Shown: positions 41,536-57,918 of the stretch, piece after piece
How positions within the stretch are numbered: position 1 is the stretch's first letter
How the letters are laid out: each line of letters opens with the position of its first letter
DNA from: Octopus vulgaris
Taxonomy: Eukaryota
Reading direction: 5' to 3'
Assembly: GCA_951406725.2 (NCBI GenBank)
Contig: OX597817.1
Location: 153,202,001-153,266,000, forward strand
Length of the DNA stretch: 64,000 nucleotides
Program-made: the position numbers and the translations under genes
Notes under the pieces: generated by a model
What the model saw: the letters and a program-made list of their open reading frames with translations, nothing else
What the model was told of the DNA's origin: nothing
The model's database searches: none

Positions 41536-41851
41536 AACTTGAATTCCCTGCAATCATTTGGAATGTGTCAATGTCAATTAGTAGTTGTAACAAGCCTACG
41601 AATACGACCACAACTTACACCGCCATCACCACAAGCTACAACAAATAAAATTGTAATTAACAATGACGTGATCAACAACAATAAATTCGCAGCAACAGCG
41701 GCAAAAAGCAAGGAGATTTTTTAAAATAGACCTGCTTCAGAAAGATTTTTGTCTAGCCGAGGTAGCTAAATTGATATGGCTGTAGAAAGCGCGGGCGGAC
41801 ATAGCTAAATTCCCTGAGGAGTTTGCAGAAACGAAAAAGAAAACTGTTAAA

Positions 41852-42242
41852 TCTCTCTATATATAAAGCTGAAGTTGTCTGTGAATGGCAGGTTTGGCAG
41901 CCTTCAACTAACATTATCTCCTCCAAGACCCTACGGCATAAGTTGACCAAACTTGAGAGTATGATAGTAGAAGGCTTGCTCTTCCTTCCGTAGAAGAAAC
42001 AATTCAAATCGGACAATGTTAACACCAAAAATTATTTACATCAAAAAGGTGCTTTTTTCTATGAAAATCCGTATTTTTTACGATTTTTTGACTGCCGTGT
42101 CACCGTTTTTCGGTGTAGTTCAACCACAAAAATGTCCACTTAAAGAGAATAACAAGCTACATAATGCAAAATTTTTACTTTTCAAAAATTCCAATTCTAA
42201 AGGGTCGAAACAAACCCGAGCAACGCCGGGCGATACTGCTAG
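41852..42242 (+). mobile_element. Non-autonomous Helitron
   Basis: A|TC 5' end and CCCGAGCAACGCCGGG hairpin + CTAG|T. The 3' end is nearly identical to that of 34532-34926. Confidence 0.85.
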
Positions 42243-42279
42243 TATAAATATATTTCTATAAGCACAAAGCGACTGGAGA

Positions 42280-42745
42280 TGGCTAATCAGGCAAACGTGG
42301 AAGGGGCACTGAAAGGCATAATGCTCAACATTCGGCATGTCTAGAGGGCGAAATGGTTTGCGGATTATTCAGTGCTCTTTAAGGCCACCAAATACTCTGT
42401 AGTTTCCTGTCGGAGTGAAAAATATGTGCTCCACCCATTCTATTTAGGAAGAAGGATGGTGCGCATAAAGATCACTGGAATACCACCGGAGGTAAAATTG
42501 TGGTGGATTTTAGCGTGTATTATTTTGGAAGGAACAATAGCTACCTGGAGGTGAAGAGGACCCCTCTTAAAAATTGGTCTGGGACCAGTGTGGAGGTGCT
42601 CCTCTACCAGGGCAATACATAAAATCCCAGGCCTCATTCGCCTTCCTGGTGGGTGGAGAAGAACTACAGGTTACAGTTGAGGGTACGATGTCATGATGCC
42701 ACTTGTGTGAAGAGAGAGGCCACTTAAGAGCTTTCTGCTCGTAGC
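42280..42745 (+). pseudogene. LINE ORF1/gag-like relic with CCHC zinc knuckle (possibly Tx1/L1 group)
   Basis: YLGRRMVRIKITGIPPEV ... LQVTVEG..*CHLCEERGHLRAFC (CX2CX4HX4C), with stops. Confidence 0.6.
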
Positions 42746-42953
42746 AGAAGACAGGGAACCATGGAAGTCAATTATTTGCCAACACCAAACCAGCAACGAT
42801 CAGTAACAAAATCAAATTTAAAGCCAAAACAACGACATCATCAATGACAGAAACAGCAAAAACAGTAAATGGTGGAAGACCAACAACACTAACAACAGCA
42901 GCAATATCAGCAACACTAGTAAAATCAGCCACAACAGCAACAAGAGCAGCAGT

Positions 42954-43260
42954 GGAGGCACAATGGCCCAGTGGTTAGGACAGCGGACTCGCGGTCGTAA
43001 GAACGTGGTTTCGATTCCCATACATTGTGAGTGTTTATTGAGCAAAACACCTAAGCTCCAAGAGGCTCCGGTGGGAAGAGTGATGAACCCCGCTGTACTC
43101 TTTCACCACAACTTTCTCTCACTCTGGTACTTAATTTATCGGCCCCGAAAGGATGAATGGCAAAGTTGACCTCGGCGGAATTTGAACTCAGGGCGTAAGG
43201 ACAGAGGAAATATTGTTAAGCATTTTGCTCGGCGTTCTAACGATTCTGCCAGTTCGCCAC
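42954..43260. mobile_element. SINE family D (+, deleted) joined tail-to-tail to SINE family A (-)
   Basis: The GGAGGCACAATGGCCCAGTGGTTAGG head matches the copy at 51460-51847. The family A block starts at ~43125. Confidence 0.75.
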
Positions 43261-43327
43261 TTTATTCATAATAATAATAATAATAATGATAATAATAATA
43301 AAAATAATAATAATAAAAATAATAATA

Positions 43328-43370
<43 letters not shown>

Positions 43371-43395
43371 TAATAATGATGATAATAATAATAAT

Positions 43396-43923
43396 TCTCA
43401 TGGTTTCTGATCTTAACTGATTGGAAGTGTCATCATGTACATTGATTTGTCTTGGTATAAAAGATGGGCTACAGCAAATATTCTGTTCAATACCACAGAT
43501 TTGCTTGTCAGTTGTTTGACCATAACCAGTTGAGCATGTCCCTTAGTGGGTGACGATATGTGCATCTCTGATCACGAGCAGAAGTAGTGGGGGAGCATCA
43601 TAGCCATGTGTTGAGAGGGATTCTTTGGGGTATGAATAATTCACCTCTGGAAACATGGGTGGTTTTTTCAACATCCTTAAACAACCCTTATTCAGGGACC
43701 ATTTGAGCGGGATGGGCTACTCAACCTGAAGAAAATTCTAACTGGGCCCCACCTGCAAGGTCATGTGCTGTTTATCTTGATATGAGATCACCATGTCGCG
43801 CACATATGGTTGTGATGCATGTGCCTGGTGTACCCTTATCAGACGGGTAGTCATGATGGGTATATTGGGCTTCGTATATTTTACCCCAGTGTCACTTTGA
43901 TGGCATGAACTGCTCTCTCACTC
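43396..43923 (+). mobile_element. ~555-bp (TAA)n element, copy 2 (lacks the first ~25 nt)
   Basis: Starts at TCTCATGG, otherwise colinear with copy 1. Confidence 0.9.
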
Positions 43924-44042
43924 AATAATAATAATAATAATGATAATAATAATACGTTGGGCGCAGTATTTTTTTAAATGGCGGTGCCCCAGCATGGCCA
44001 CAGCTCATGAGCTGAAACTGGAAAAATCAAAATCAAAATCAA

Positions 44043-44097
<55 letters not shown>

Positions 44098-44284
44098 TCT
44101 TTTTATTGGCCACAAGGGCTGACACACATGATTAGAAAACATAAAGGGACAAAACAGGACGAAAGTTTACAAAGGGTTTTGTCCGTTTGTGAAAAAATCG
44201 TATAAAAGCAGTGTAACAATCAAATAATATAACAACGAAAAACTCCCAATAGGGGGAGGCGCTTCGAAAGGTTCCTAGCGTTTT

Positions 44285-44465
44285 ATAAAGAAAATTAGAA
44301 TAGGGTGCCCAGTAGGACTGTTACAAAAGGCTTGCCTCCTCGGCAAAGTATTAGATAGCTGAAAACAGAGAGCATGGTACCGTAGGCTGCAGGTAGCAAG
44401 CCCACTACGCATGCAAGACTCCAGGGGCTCCAAGAAGGCCGGTGATAAAGAGAAATAATAATAAT
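44285..44465 (+). mobile_element. Very short R4/Dong 3'-end fragment
   Basis: IRIGCPVGLLQKACLLG..., a short UTR, then AATAATAATAAT. Confidence 0.5.
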
Positions 44466-45264
44466 TATGATGATGATGATGCTGATGATGACCTGAAAGT
44501 GCTCCATTCAGCATGTTCTCGTTGATGCCCAGAGTCAATCGTCGCTCATACCTCAACTAACTCCCTATAGCAATCTCGAGTTGTTTTCCTGCTAACGGCT
44601 TTGTCCAGCTGGTAACAATGCTGTGAGCGCCTAGCAACATTCTAGATGTCAAATATCCAATCTTGCTCTGTGACTGGCTGCAACTCGGTTAGGAGACGGG
44701 ATTCGAATAATTCTTTGTAATTTTTTGCATAAGGACAGCAATTTTAGCGAGAGAGGCTTACTCGATTACATCGACCCCATTACTAAACTGATTCTTATTT
44801 CGTTGACCCCCCAAGAAAAATGAAAGGCAAAGTCGACCTCGGTAAAATGAGCTTCTCTGCCCTAGGTGTACGGAAAACACTCGGCAAGAAATGGAAGAAA
44901 ATTTGAAAAAGGAAAAAAAAATAATAAAATGATATTGATTTCAGTCTTTGGTACAAGGCCAGCAATATCGGGGTCGAGGCTGCTTGATTTTATTGATCCC
45001 CCCCCCCCCCGCAAAAAATGAAAGGCAAAGTCGACCTCGGCGGAATTTGAACTCAGAACGTGGAGATGGATGAAATGTCACTATGCATTTCGCCTGGCAT
45101 GTCGCCTTCTTATAATGGTTCTAAATTTTGCTAAAAGAGCAGTAATTTAGGTGTGTGTGTGTGGGAGGGGCGGGGGGAATGAGTAGATTACATCGACCCC
45201 AGTGTACTTATTTTATCGACCCCGAAAGGGATGAAAGGTAAAGTCGACCTCGGCGGCTGCCTTC

Positions 45265-45336
<72 letters not shown>

Positions 45337-45347
45337 TAGTAATAAAT

Positions 45348-45901
45348 GCCCTGATGCAGTACCAGGCAGTGGCTCTCATGGCTTGTGATCTTAACTGATT
45401 GGAAGTGTTATTATGTACATTGTTTTGTCTTGGTATAAAAGATGGGCTACAGCAAATATTCTGCTCAATACCACAGATTTGCTTGTCAGTTGTTTGACCG
45501 TAACCAGTTGAGCATGTCCCTTAGAGGCTGACGATATGTGCATCTCTGATCACGAGCAGAAGTAGTGGGGGAGCATCATAGCCATGTGTTGAGAGGGATT
45601 CTTTGGGGTTTGAATAATTCACCTCTGGAAACATGGGTGGTTCTTTCAACATCCTTAAACAACCCTTATTCAGGGACCATTTGAGCGGGATGGGCTACTC
45701 AACCTGAAGAAAATTCTAACTGGGCCCCACCTGCAAGGTCATGTGCTGTTTATCTTGATATGAGATCACCATGTCGCGCACATATGGTTGTGATGCATGT
45801 GCCTGGTGTACCCTTATCAGACGGGTAGTCATGATGGGTATATTGGGCTTCGTATATTTTACCCCAGTGTCACTTTGATGGCATGAACTGCTCTCTCCCT
45901 C
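45348..45901 (+). mobile_element. ~555-bp (TAA)n element, copy 3
   Basis: Same termini as copy 1, with (TAA)n on both sides. Confidence 0.9.
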
Positions 45902-45931
45902 AATAATAATAATAATAATATTAATAATAAT

Positions 45932-46810
45932 CCTTTCTACAATAGGCGCAAGGCCTGAAATTTTGGGGAAGGTGTATAATTGATAATCGATTACATCAAC
46001 CTGTGTTGAACTGGTACTTAATTTATTGACCCCGAAAGGATGAAAGCCAAAGTCGATCCTGTCAACTAAGAGCACAACGCCCGAAGTTTTTGGGAAAGAG
46101 GTAGCCGATTACATCAGTCCTCAATATTTTTGACTGGTATTAAGACAGAAACGTTAGCACGCCGAGTGGAATGCTTAGCGGTATTTCGTCTGCCGTTACG
46201 TTCTGAGTTCAAATTCCATCGAGGTCGACTTTGCCTTTAATCCTTTCGGGGTCGATAAATTAAGTACCAGTTACGCATTGGGTTCAATGTAATCGACTTA
46301 ATTCCTCTGACTGTCCTTGTTTGTCCCCTCTATGTCTAGCCCCTTGTGGGAAATAAAGAAATAAGAAACTTTATAACGCTAGGCGAAATACTTAGCGGTA
46401 TTTCGTCTGCCGTTACGTTCTGAGTTCAAATTCCGCCGAGGTCGACTTTGCCTTTCATCCTTTCGGGGTCGATAAATCAAGTGCCAGTTAAGTACTGAGA
46501 TCGATCTAATCGACTGCCTCCCTGCCCTATCCCCCAAAATTTCGGGCCTTGTGCCTAGAGTAGAAAATAATATTTGACTGATATTTATTCCATCCTATCA
46601 GAAAGGATGACAGGCAAAGTGAACGTCGGTAGGATTTGAACTCAGAATGTAGAGTACCGGAAGGAAATGCCGCTAAACACTTCATGACTGGTACTTTATT
46701 TTTATCAGTTCCATAACATAGTGATGTCAGGTGAGATTAACTTCGGTATGATTTGAACTCACAACGTAAAAAGTCGGAATAAGCACAGCGAAGCATTTTG
46801 TTCGACACTC
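45932..46810. mobile_element. Pile of family A SINEs, including a + strand dimer at 46145-46568
   Basis: Repeated GTCGACTTTGCCTTT.ATCCTTTCGGGGTCGAT blocks in both orientations. Confidence 0.8.
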
Positions 46811-46855
46811 TGATAATCCATCAATCCATCCATCCATCCATCCGTCCACCCGTCC

Positions 46856-46901
<46 letters not shown>

Positions 46902-46943
46902 CCGTCCGTCCGTCCGTCTGTCTGTCTGTCTGTCCGTCCGTCC

Positions 46944-47027
<84 letters not shown>

Positions 47028-47050
47028 CCCTCTCTCTGTGTCTCTCTGTC

Positions 47051-47081
<31 letters not shown>

Positions 47082-47379
47082 CTCTCTGTATCTATCTGTC
47101 CCTCTCTCCCTCTCTCTGAGTCTCTTTCTGACTCTGTCTCTCTCTTTCTCTGTGCCTACCTGCTTGCCTGTCTCTCCCTCTCCCTCTCTCTCCCTCCCTC
47201 TCTCTCTCTCTCTCTATCTATCTATCTATTCGAACAAGCTTCTTTATTTTTGTTATGCCAGTAAAGAGACGTAAATGAGGTTGTGACGTTCATGCATTTC
47301 ATGATGTCAACAGTGACGTGGAACCGAAGAATCAGTAATGTGGCATCAGCCACTGCCACCAACGCCGCTGCCGCTGCCG

Positions 47380-49872
<2,493 letters not shown>

Positions 49873-50354
49873 GTCTCGTGTTATTGACGTTTTGCATAAT
49901 TAGTTTTACACTGTGCGCGCAAAAGGAATCAACACTTATATGTATATATATAGAACATATATAAATATATATATATATATAATATATATATATATATATT
50001 TATATACACATATATATATATGCATATACATACACATATGCAATCTCTATGTGTATACATGTATACACACATGTATATATATATATAGATACTACATACG
50101 TGTACATGTATGTTTGCTCGTGTGTTAATGCGTGTGTATGGGTGGGTATGTATGCATATATCTATATCTAAATCTATCAATCCACACATCTATACATATG
50201 TATATACTCACACACACACATGCACAAGCACATACACATGCCGTCATACATATCTATATATATATCTATATATATATATATATCTAGATAGATAGATAGA
50301 TATATATATAGATAGATAGATAGATTGATTGATTGATAGATAGATAGATTGATT

Positions 50355-50421
<67 letters not shown>

Positions 50422-50795
50422 TGAGAGATAGATAGATACATAGATACATATGACCAATTGTTGACGTTTACATGTTTATGCTTTATTAACTGTGTGCCTG
50501 TGCATGTGCCTGGGTGCAACAGAGCGCATGCGCATATTAAGGATTTGAACTCTGCGTGTGTGAATAACCTTTATACGTTAATGTATAAGCACTCACATAC
50601 ACATCCATACACAGACACACATACGCACATACATTAGTACGTACACACTTACATACATAGATACACACACTCTCACATAAATGTAAGCATATACATACAC
50701 ACGCACACGCACACACATATAAAACTTATTCTGTACTCCTATACTAGTCATTTACGATCAATCAAACTATATGAAAGTTTGGGCGTGTGCTTCTG

Positions 50796-50883
<88 letters not shown>

Positions 50884-51052
50884 CATCCATCTATCTGTCT
50901 GTCTGTCTAAGTACCTATCATTGTACGTGCGTACGTACGTACCTACCTACTTACTTACCTACCTACCTACCTGCCTACACTGTATGTATGTATGTATGCA
51001 TGTATGTATACACACACACAATCACGCATGTACACAGACAAGCACACACACA

Positions 51053-51088
<36 letters not shown>

Positions 51089-51231
51089 AGTAACCTGATG
51101 ACCGTTTCGATTCTTAAGTAGTTTATCCTTTACGTCACTAGTGCGTCTCTTCGTGATTGCTCGGTCCTTTATTAATATCAATCAAGCCTCCCTTCATTTG
51201 TACCGCTGGAAAGACAGTGGCACATTGCTCA

Positions 51232-51435
51232 TTCTTTTCTACTCTAGGCCCGAAATTTTTGGGGAGAGGTCCAGTCGATTAGATCGACTCCAGTACGCAA
51301 CTGGTACTTAATTTATCGATCCCGAAAGGATGACAGGCAAAGTCGACCTCGGCGGAATTTGAACTCAGAACGTAGCGGTAAACGAAATACCGCTAAGCAA
51401 TTAGCCCGTCGTGTCAACGTTTCTGCCAGCTCACT
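51232..51435 (-). mobile_element. SINE family A monomer
   Basis: Complete head-block-tail in reverse complement. Confidence 0.85.
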
Positions 51436-51459
51436 GTTTCATTACTCATTAATGTCCAA

Positions 51460-51847
51460 TATGGAAGCACTCCGTCGGTTACGACGACGAGGGTTCCGGT
51501 TGATCCGAATCAACGGAACAGCCTGCTCGTGAAATTAACGTGTAAGTGGCTGAGCACTCCACAGACACGTGTACCCCTAACGTAGTTCTCGGGGATATTC
51601 AGCGTGACACAGAGAGTGACAAGGCCGGCCTTTTTGAAATACAGGTGCAACAGAAACAGGAAGTAAGAGTGAGAGAAAGTTGTGGTGAAAGAGTACAGCA
51701 GGGATCACCACCATCCCCTGCCGGAGCCTCGTGGAGCTTTATGTGTTTTCGCTCAATAAACACTCACAACGCCCGGTCTGGGAATCGAAACCGCGATCCT
51801 ATGACCACGAGTCCGCTGCCCTAGCCACTGGGCCATTGCGCCTCCAC
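51460..51847 (-). mobile_element. Full-length tRNA-derived SINE (family D) with TSD
   Basis: Head GGAGGCGCAATGGCCCAGTGGCTAGGGCAGCGG...GGTTTCGATTCCC. Direct repeat AATGTCCAATAT at 51451-51462 and 51848-51859. Confidence 0.9.
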
Positions 51848-52916
51848 AATGTCCAATATACACTATACTCGAAAAACAGAATGCTGAAAAAGTAGACAAA
51901 TTGATCAGAGGTTTGTCCAGTTAGGACCAAACTGCACCTAATGAACAACAACAACAACAACAACAGCAAAAAAGATAACAGCTAAATATCATTTGTGTAT
52001 ATATGGCGAACATGTAACGAATCGTACCGATGGTCTATGCATTTTGGCCTGGACTTCTACGTTTTGATTTCAAACCTTACGTAATCTTTTACTTCTAATC
52101 TTTTTTGGATGGGAAATATTCGTCAGAAAAGTACTGGCATCGATTAAATTCGCAAATTATCTCTCTTCCTTACCAATGTTTGAATTTTTTGGCAATGCGA
52201 GAAATCGATATTCTCACAACGTCATACATATGATGTTATTCAATACCGAATATCTGCAGTGAATACACACGTACACATATTCGTTTAAACATAGACACAC
52301 ATACATGCGGATCCGTGGAACAAGCTGCCAGACGAGATGGTGAAGATGCCGACGACCGCTTTGTTCAAAGCCTCCCTGGACCTCAAGTGGCCTGAACTCT
52401 TTACATGAACACCACCCTGTACTTAACTCCATGTCCCCCTACATGGCCTTGCTATTTGCTTTTGAGCCAAATTAACTAACTAACTAACATGCATACATAC
52501 ATGTACACACAAAAATGCATACACACACACACCAACACGCACACTCACATAAACATGTATATATGTATATATATATATATATACATCCACGCACATAGAT
52601 GTGTGCATACAAGTGTATGTGCGTATATATATATATATTTACCTATCTCTCTTTCCATCTCTTTATACAAAGGCACACATACCCATACGCAGACAGACAC
52701 AGACACGCAGTGACACACACACGGGCGTAGATATATTTTTACGTATGACGTATTATAAAAATTCTTGGTAGTTACAATAGGTGAAGAAAAAAGTTCATAT
52801 TTTAGAAATTATTAATTATATAAAACATCTTTAAAAAATTGATGAGACAGAATGGTACAAACTTTTTGAAATGAGGTCCTCGTGCTTTCGCTGTTTTCAG
52901 CTCATCAAGCACACGT

Positions 52917-52964
<48 letters not shown>

Positions 52965-53039
52965 TAAAAACGGTAAGATAACAAAAGAAAGAAAGAGACC
53001 TTAATATTATGTAAATAGAGGAAATTTATCGAGAAAATA

Positions 53040-53149
53040 ATGTTACAATTACTCAATATGGCCAGATAACCGAAGAGATGGTGTTGTGGATTTCCACTTC
53101 GGCATCTGAAACTCAGAGTTTTATCTTGACTATTGAGTAATTGTAACAT
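53040..53149 (+). ncRNA. Type I hammerhead-ribozyme-like motif with long extended stem I
   Basis: AGATAA-CCGAAGA-GATG...CATC-T-GAAA-CTC-A-GAG-TT-TTATCT, closed by a perfect 19-bp inverted repeat (53040-53058 and 53131-53149). Lies ~80 bp from a (TA)n tract. Confidence 0.65.
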
Positions 53150-55445
53150 ATTATTTTTTTAAGTTATAACATGATAGATATATGAAGCTGTGTCTGCAGC
53201 GTATTAGTTGCCAGTTAGTGCGATTCTCATTATGTAATAGTTGGTCATGTGACTAAATATTATTCAAATATAGCTGATTGCGTTTTGTAGCTATTCTTCG
53301 AAGATTGTTACGCCTGATGACAATAGGACTGAATCGATAGACTTGGGTTTTCAGGGACCTAAGAAGCTCTCGAAAAGGAAACTTCTTCAGATGATCTATA
53401 GTCTAGCTAAGTGATTCTCTTTGCGCGATTCTCACCAGTTAAGAGATGTCGGTAGTTCTTTTAATATCTAGAAGTTTTCAGTGTAGCAAATCTCTCTGTT
53501 CAATTAGCCATTGAAATACGGACTGGTTTTATCGACGATAGTCCTAGTTTCTGGAGGGCGTTCCGTTTTTTGACTATGACAAATTGGATCAAGGATGTAG
53601 ATTTTTCCTGGTCTTGTTTGTCCTGTATGAATGTGGATGCTAATAACAATGGCTTTTGAACGAGTTCTTGGTAGTAATTCTATTATTTCCTTCAGTATTG
53701 TCCAGAAATGTTACTAATAATCAATATATCAATGCGATTTTCAAGGTAATATCTTCTGAGTAGGTATGTAATGGGATTACAGAAAATACAAATTCATAGT
53801 TGAAATGCAAACAGTTGGAGGTATATGTTTTTAGTTGAAGTATGTGATTTGGAAAGCTATCTTATCTAGGAAGGAATAGCTGACTGTAACATTATAGATA
53901 TTAAAGGTCTTTTGTATTTATGTGTCGATAGCAAATGTCTTACGAGAGCCAGAAAGTATTACAACTATGCTAGGTAAGATCTACACTGATTGGTATTTTG
54001 TATCAATACCAGGTAATCTTCTACTTGGTTTCTATTTTGTGTAAAAGCAAAAAAAAAAAAAAAAAAAAAAAAAAGAAAAACAGCATTAGTAGCACAGGGT
54101 GGTTTTAATGCAAAATATTAACGAGACAATTCAAGTAAAGTATCAATATTCTCCCTTAATCAGCTTCAATGATATTACTACATTATTGATAATAATTTAA
54201 CGATTTCTTACTCCGTGTTATTTAGTCGTATAACAAATGATTCACTCGCATTTTAATTCCATAATTTCATTCCTATCGCGTTTCTTGTCGCAAACTTGCA
54301 ATAATCGGTCTTTCTTCGTTCTTTCACAAAACTATTGACCTCTGAAGCTTCACATTTATCCATAAGGACATTAATCTACTGAAGTTCAAGCTAACCATAA
54401 ACTGCATTGATTTCAACAAGCGTGGAGTACTTGCAGCAATTATAAGCAACTTGGCACCTTTTTTGGATGAATAAAATACAAATTGGTTAGTAAATGGTTG
54501 TTTAATAAATGTTCAGTAAAATATTTTCTATTTATCAGATACAGCTCATTTACTGATGATTATACAACAATACCGAAGTTTTACATATTTTAACAGCAAC
54601 ACTTATCTAGTGAACACAAAATATCAACCGTTCTTGCTCTTCAGTTCGTCTTTGCTAATGGATAACAATTCGGCAAAGTAGTTAAGTACACCAGTGTCTA
54701 ATTAAAGTTGTAAAATGAAATTTATAACATACAAAACAATTATTAAGTTCCATTGGTTTTTCTCTTTTTCACTGACCTTTGATGTAACAACCACGTAGAA
54801 GAGTGAGCCAAGCAGGAATTGTCTAATTATTATATATACTTTCAGTTTCACCTATATTAACTCTTATGTTCAGATAAGAGTCCCCGGAAGAAACTATATA
54901 AATATTTTCTCATCTTTGACATTTTGTATTATCAAAATCATTTTTCTATATTTTCCATTATAGCTAGTTATTATATTATGCAAAGCAAAAACACAGAAGA
55001 GGATGCCGTGAATATCAATAAAATGCTTCTGGAATACACATAATATTTGTTATCAAAACTTAGTCGACTGAACAAAAACAATCCCAACATAACCGATGTT
55101 GCTAGCTATTCATGTATTTAGTGTCTGTCTCTTGAGTTGTTTTGGTAATTATCTTTTACTTTTGTGTGACGAAAGTGTAAACAGATACAACAGGCAGTCT
55201 TCTTTCCAAAACAAGTGAATTTATTTTATTCATATTTGTCTAGTTTTCTGAATGCCACAATTTTATGCATGCATACTTTTTTTTATATTTGTTAATGTGC
55301 AAAATATATTTCTTTTAGAGTGTTTTTGCCAAAGAAGAAAGAGATTTTCACCATTCGTTAGAACTGTTTTCTTTAAGACATACTAATATTTTTAGCTTTT
55401 GAAAACTTTATTCAACTGATATTTTGCAAAGGCAAACCACCACTA

Positions 55446-55480
<35 letters not shown>

Positions 55481-55714
55481 TTCTAATATCTGATTTAACT
55501 TTCAAATTCTGCCGGGGTCGACTTTGGCTTTCATCCTTTCGGAACACTGGAGATCGATTTCACCAATTCAACCCCTACTCCGAAATTGTTGGCCTTGTGC
55601 CCAATTGAAAAACAATATCTGATTTAACTTTCTGAAGGGAGCATTGTCTTAGTGATCGACAACAATAGCGAACGTTATCATATCCTCAATTTTATTTTTA
55701 TACTATTTTTTTAT

Positions 55715-56228
<514 letters not shown>

Positions 56229-57224
56229 TATTATGGTTATCTTTTGCTATGTTATGTCTTTTCTCCCAACGGATCTACCGTTACCTGACACGATATGAAT
56301 GTGGGAGTTAGTTTTGTCAGCTCAAGTATAATTTCATCACCTTCATGTATTCTCTTTTTTGCAATATTCCTTATAAAGTATTCTCAGAGAGCATGAGGTA
56401 CTCTCGGTCTGTTTAGAGTGATCTTTGGTTCTCCTCTGCCTTGTTATTGTGGCTAATATTTAACGCTAAAGTATTCCCCATGAAGTATATTGTTGAACTG
56501 TAGTAAGTCGTTTCTCGTTGTTGTTTAGCCTAAAGTGAGCTCAAAGCGAGGAGCTTTATACTCAAACGTGTCTCAACCAAGATCCCTATGTGTTTTTAGC
56601 GCTCTCTAAGAATACATTATCGAAAGCCCTTTTTTGTAAAATGGCATGGCGTGATTCAAGGGAGATTGAGCTGCAATTTCTAGCAGATCGAGTGACTGCA
56701 AAGAGGTTACATAATTGACTCGAACAGATTGGTTGAAGGACTGGGTAAAACCCGCAAATAGTGTGTTACAGGTATTCAATGCTTATTCTTAATAAAAAAA
56801 AAAACTGTTGGAAGAAAAGGGGTATCGTGTAAAGATTTAGAATTTCTTTCCCCCAAGTCTTCAAGCCATTCCTGTAATTCGTATTTATAGCTAAAGAGGA
56901 GTTAAACAAGGCTGGCTTACACGGATCATGACTACTTCTGCTACACTACGCTTACCATTAGTAGTATTTATTCATGTAGAACTTAGGGATGTCTAATAAT
57001 ACCGTTGATACAACTGCCTCTTTGAATGGAAGAGAGAGTGTTCTCAGCAATGACAACCGAATTGTCATTTATCGCCATGGCGGTAAATGACAAGAGCAAT
57101 AATAAGGTAGAAGAGAATGGAAGCTCAATCTGAACAGACCTGGAGTGCCTCATGATATGTGAGTTATGAGGAATATCGTAAAATAGAAAACACATGAGGT
57201 ATATGGACCTTAAAGGAGAGGTTA

Positions 57225-57378
57225 TAACGTCTTACTGTCCACCCACAGAGCGAATAGGAGTAGGCACAATGGATCACTCTGTTGAATGCCTGTCGAAGAT
57301 AGTATGACGTTATCTGAGGTGAAGAGCATGCTCGGAGCCCCGTACGATAGGTAAGCCAACGGATAGGTAAACAGAGAC
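57225..57378 (-). pseudogene. Non-LTR RT fragment (CRE-like)
   Basis: YPLAYLSYGAPSMLF...VILSSTGIQQSDPLCLLLFAL matches the G.QQGDPLGPLLFAL RT motif. Confidence 0.65.
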
Positions 57379-57399
57379 CAAAGTGTACGTACGCCGCTA

Positions 57400-57918
57400 T
57401 ATTTTATACATAAAAAATACAAAAATGGGACAAGAACGTAAAACATCCCGACAGTTAGGTGAAATAAAAAAAAGGAAAACAAAATATCCAGACAGACGAT
57501 ACAAGGAAAACAAGAACGGATCATTCGTTGTTTTTTATCCTCAGTTGAGTTCCAGAATATCTTTGCAATTTCGGCTGGTCATACTCGAGATTGCGCCAAT
57601 CTGGCCAGCCCCAAGGAAAAATAAGCTAAGAGCATTACATTCCTTGGAAGAAAGTAGCGAATGTATACGTAACAAAGACGGAAAAAAACCCCAGAAATGT
57701 TACACAAATATAAATAACAGGACATAACAACAGGTGTCTTTCGACTAAGGACGATTTAATTTAAGCTGGTGTGCGTGGAAGTAAAGACTTATGGCAGGGA
57801 CATAAGATTTAACAAGCACAGGAAGCAATAAAGATGCTGCACGGACAGTAGTCCTTTTTTTCCCGTCCTTGTTTCGTATACATTCGCTGCTTTCTTCCAA
57901 GGAATGTAATGCTCTTAG
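57400..57918. repeat. Unclassified repeat (same family as 21259-21690) with internal inverted duplication
   Basis: 57627-57688 is repeated in inverted form at 57855-57918 (CTAAGAGCATTACATTCCTTGGAAGAAAG...). Confidence 0.7.

Noticed and set aside
53160-55440. Long AT-rich unique-looking stretch, possibly decayed TE coding sequence (also 7590-8150, 29990-30620 and 61200-62300)
   Set aside because: No motif could be recognised with confidence.
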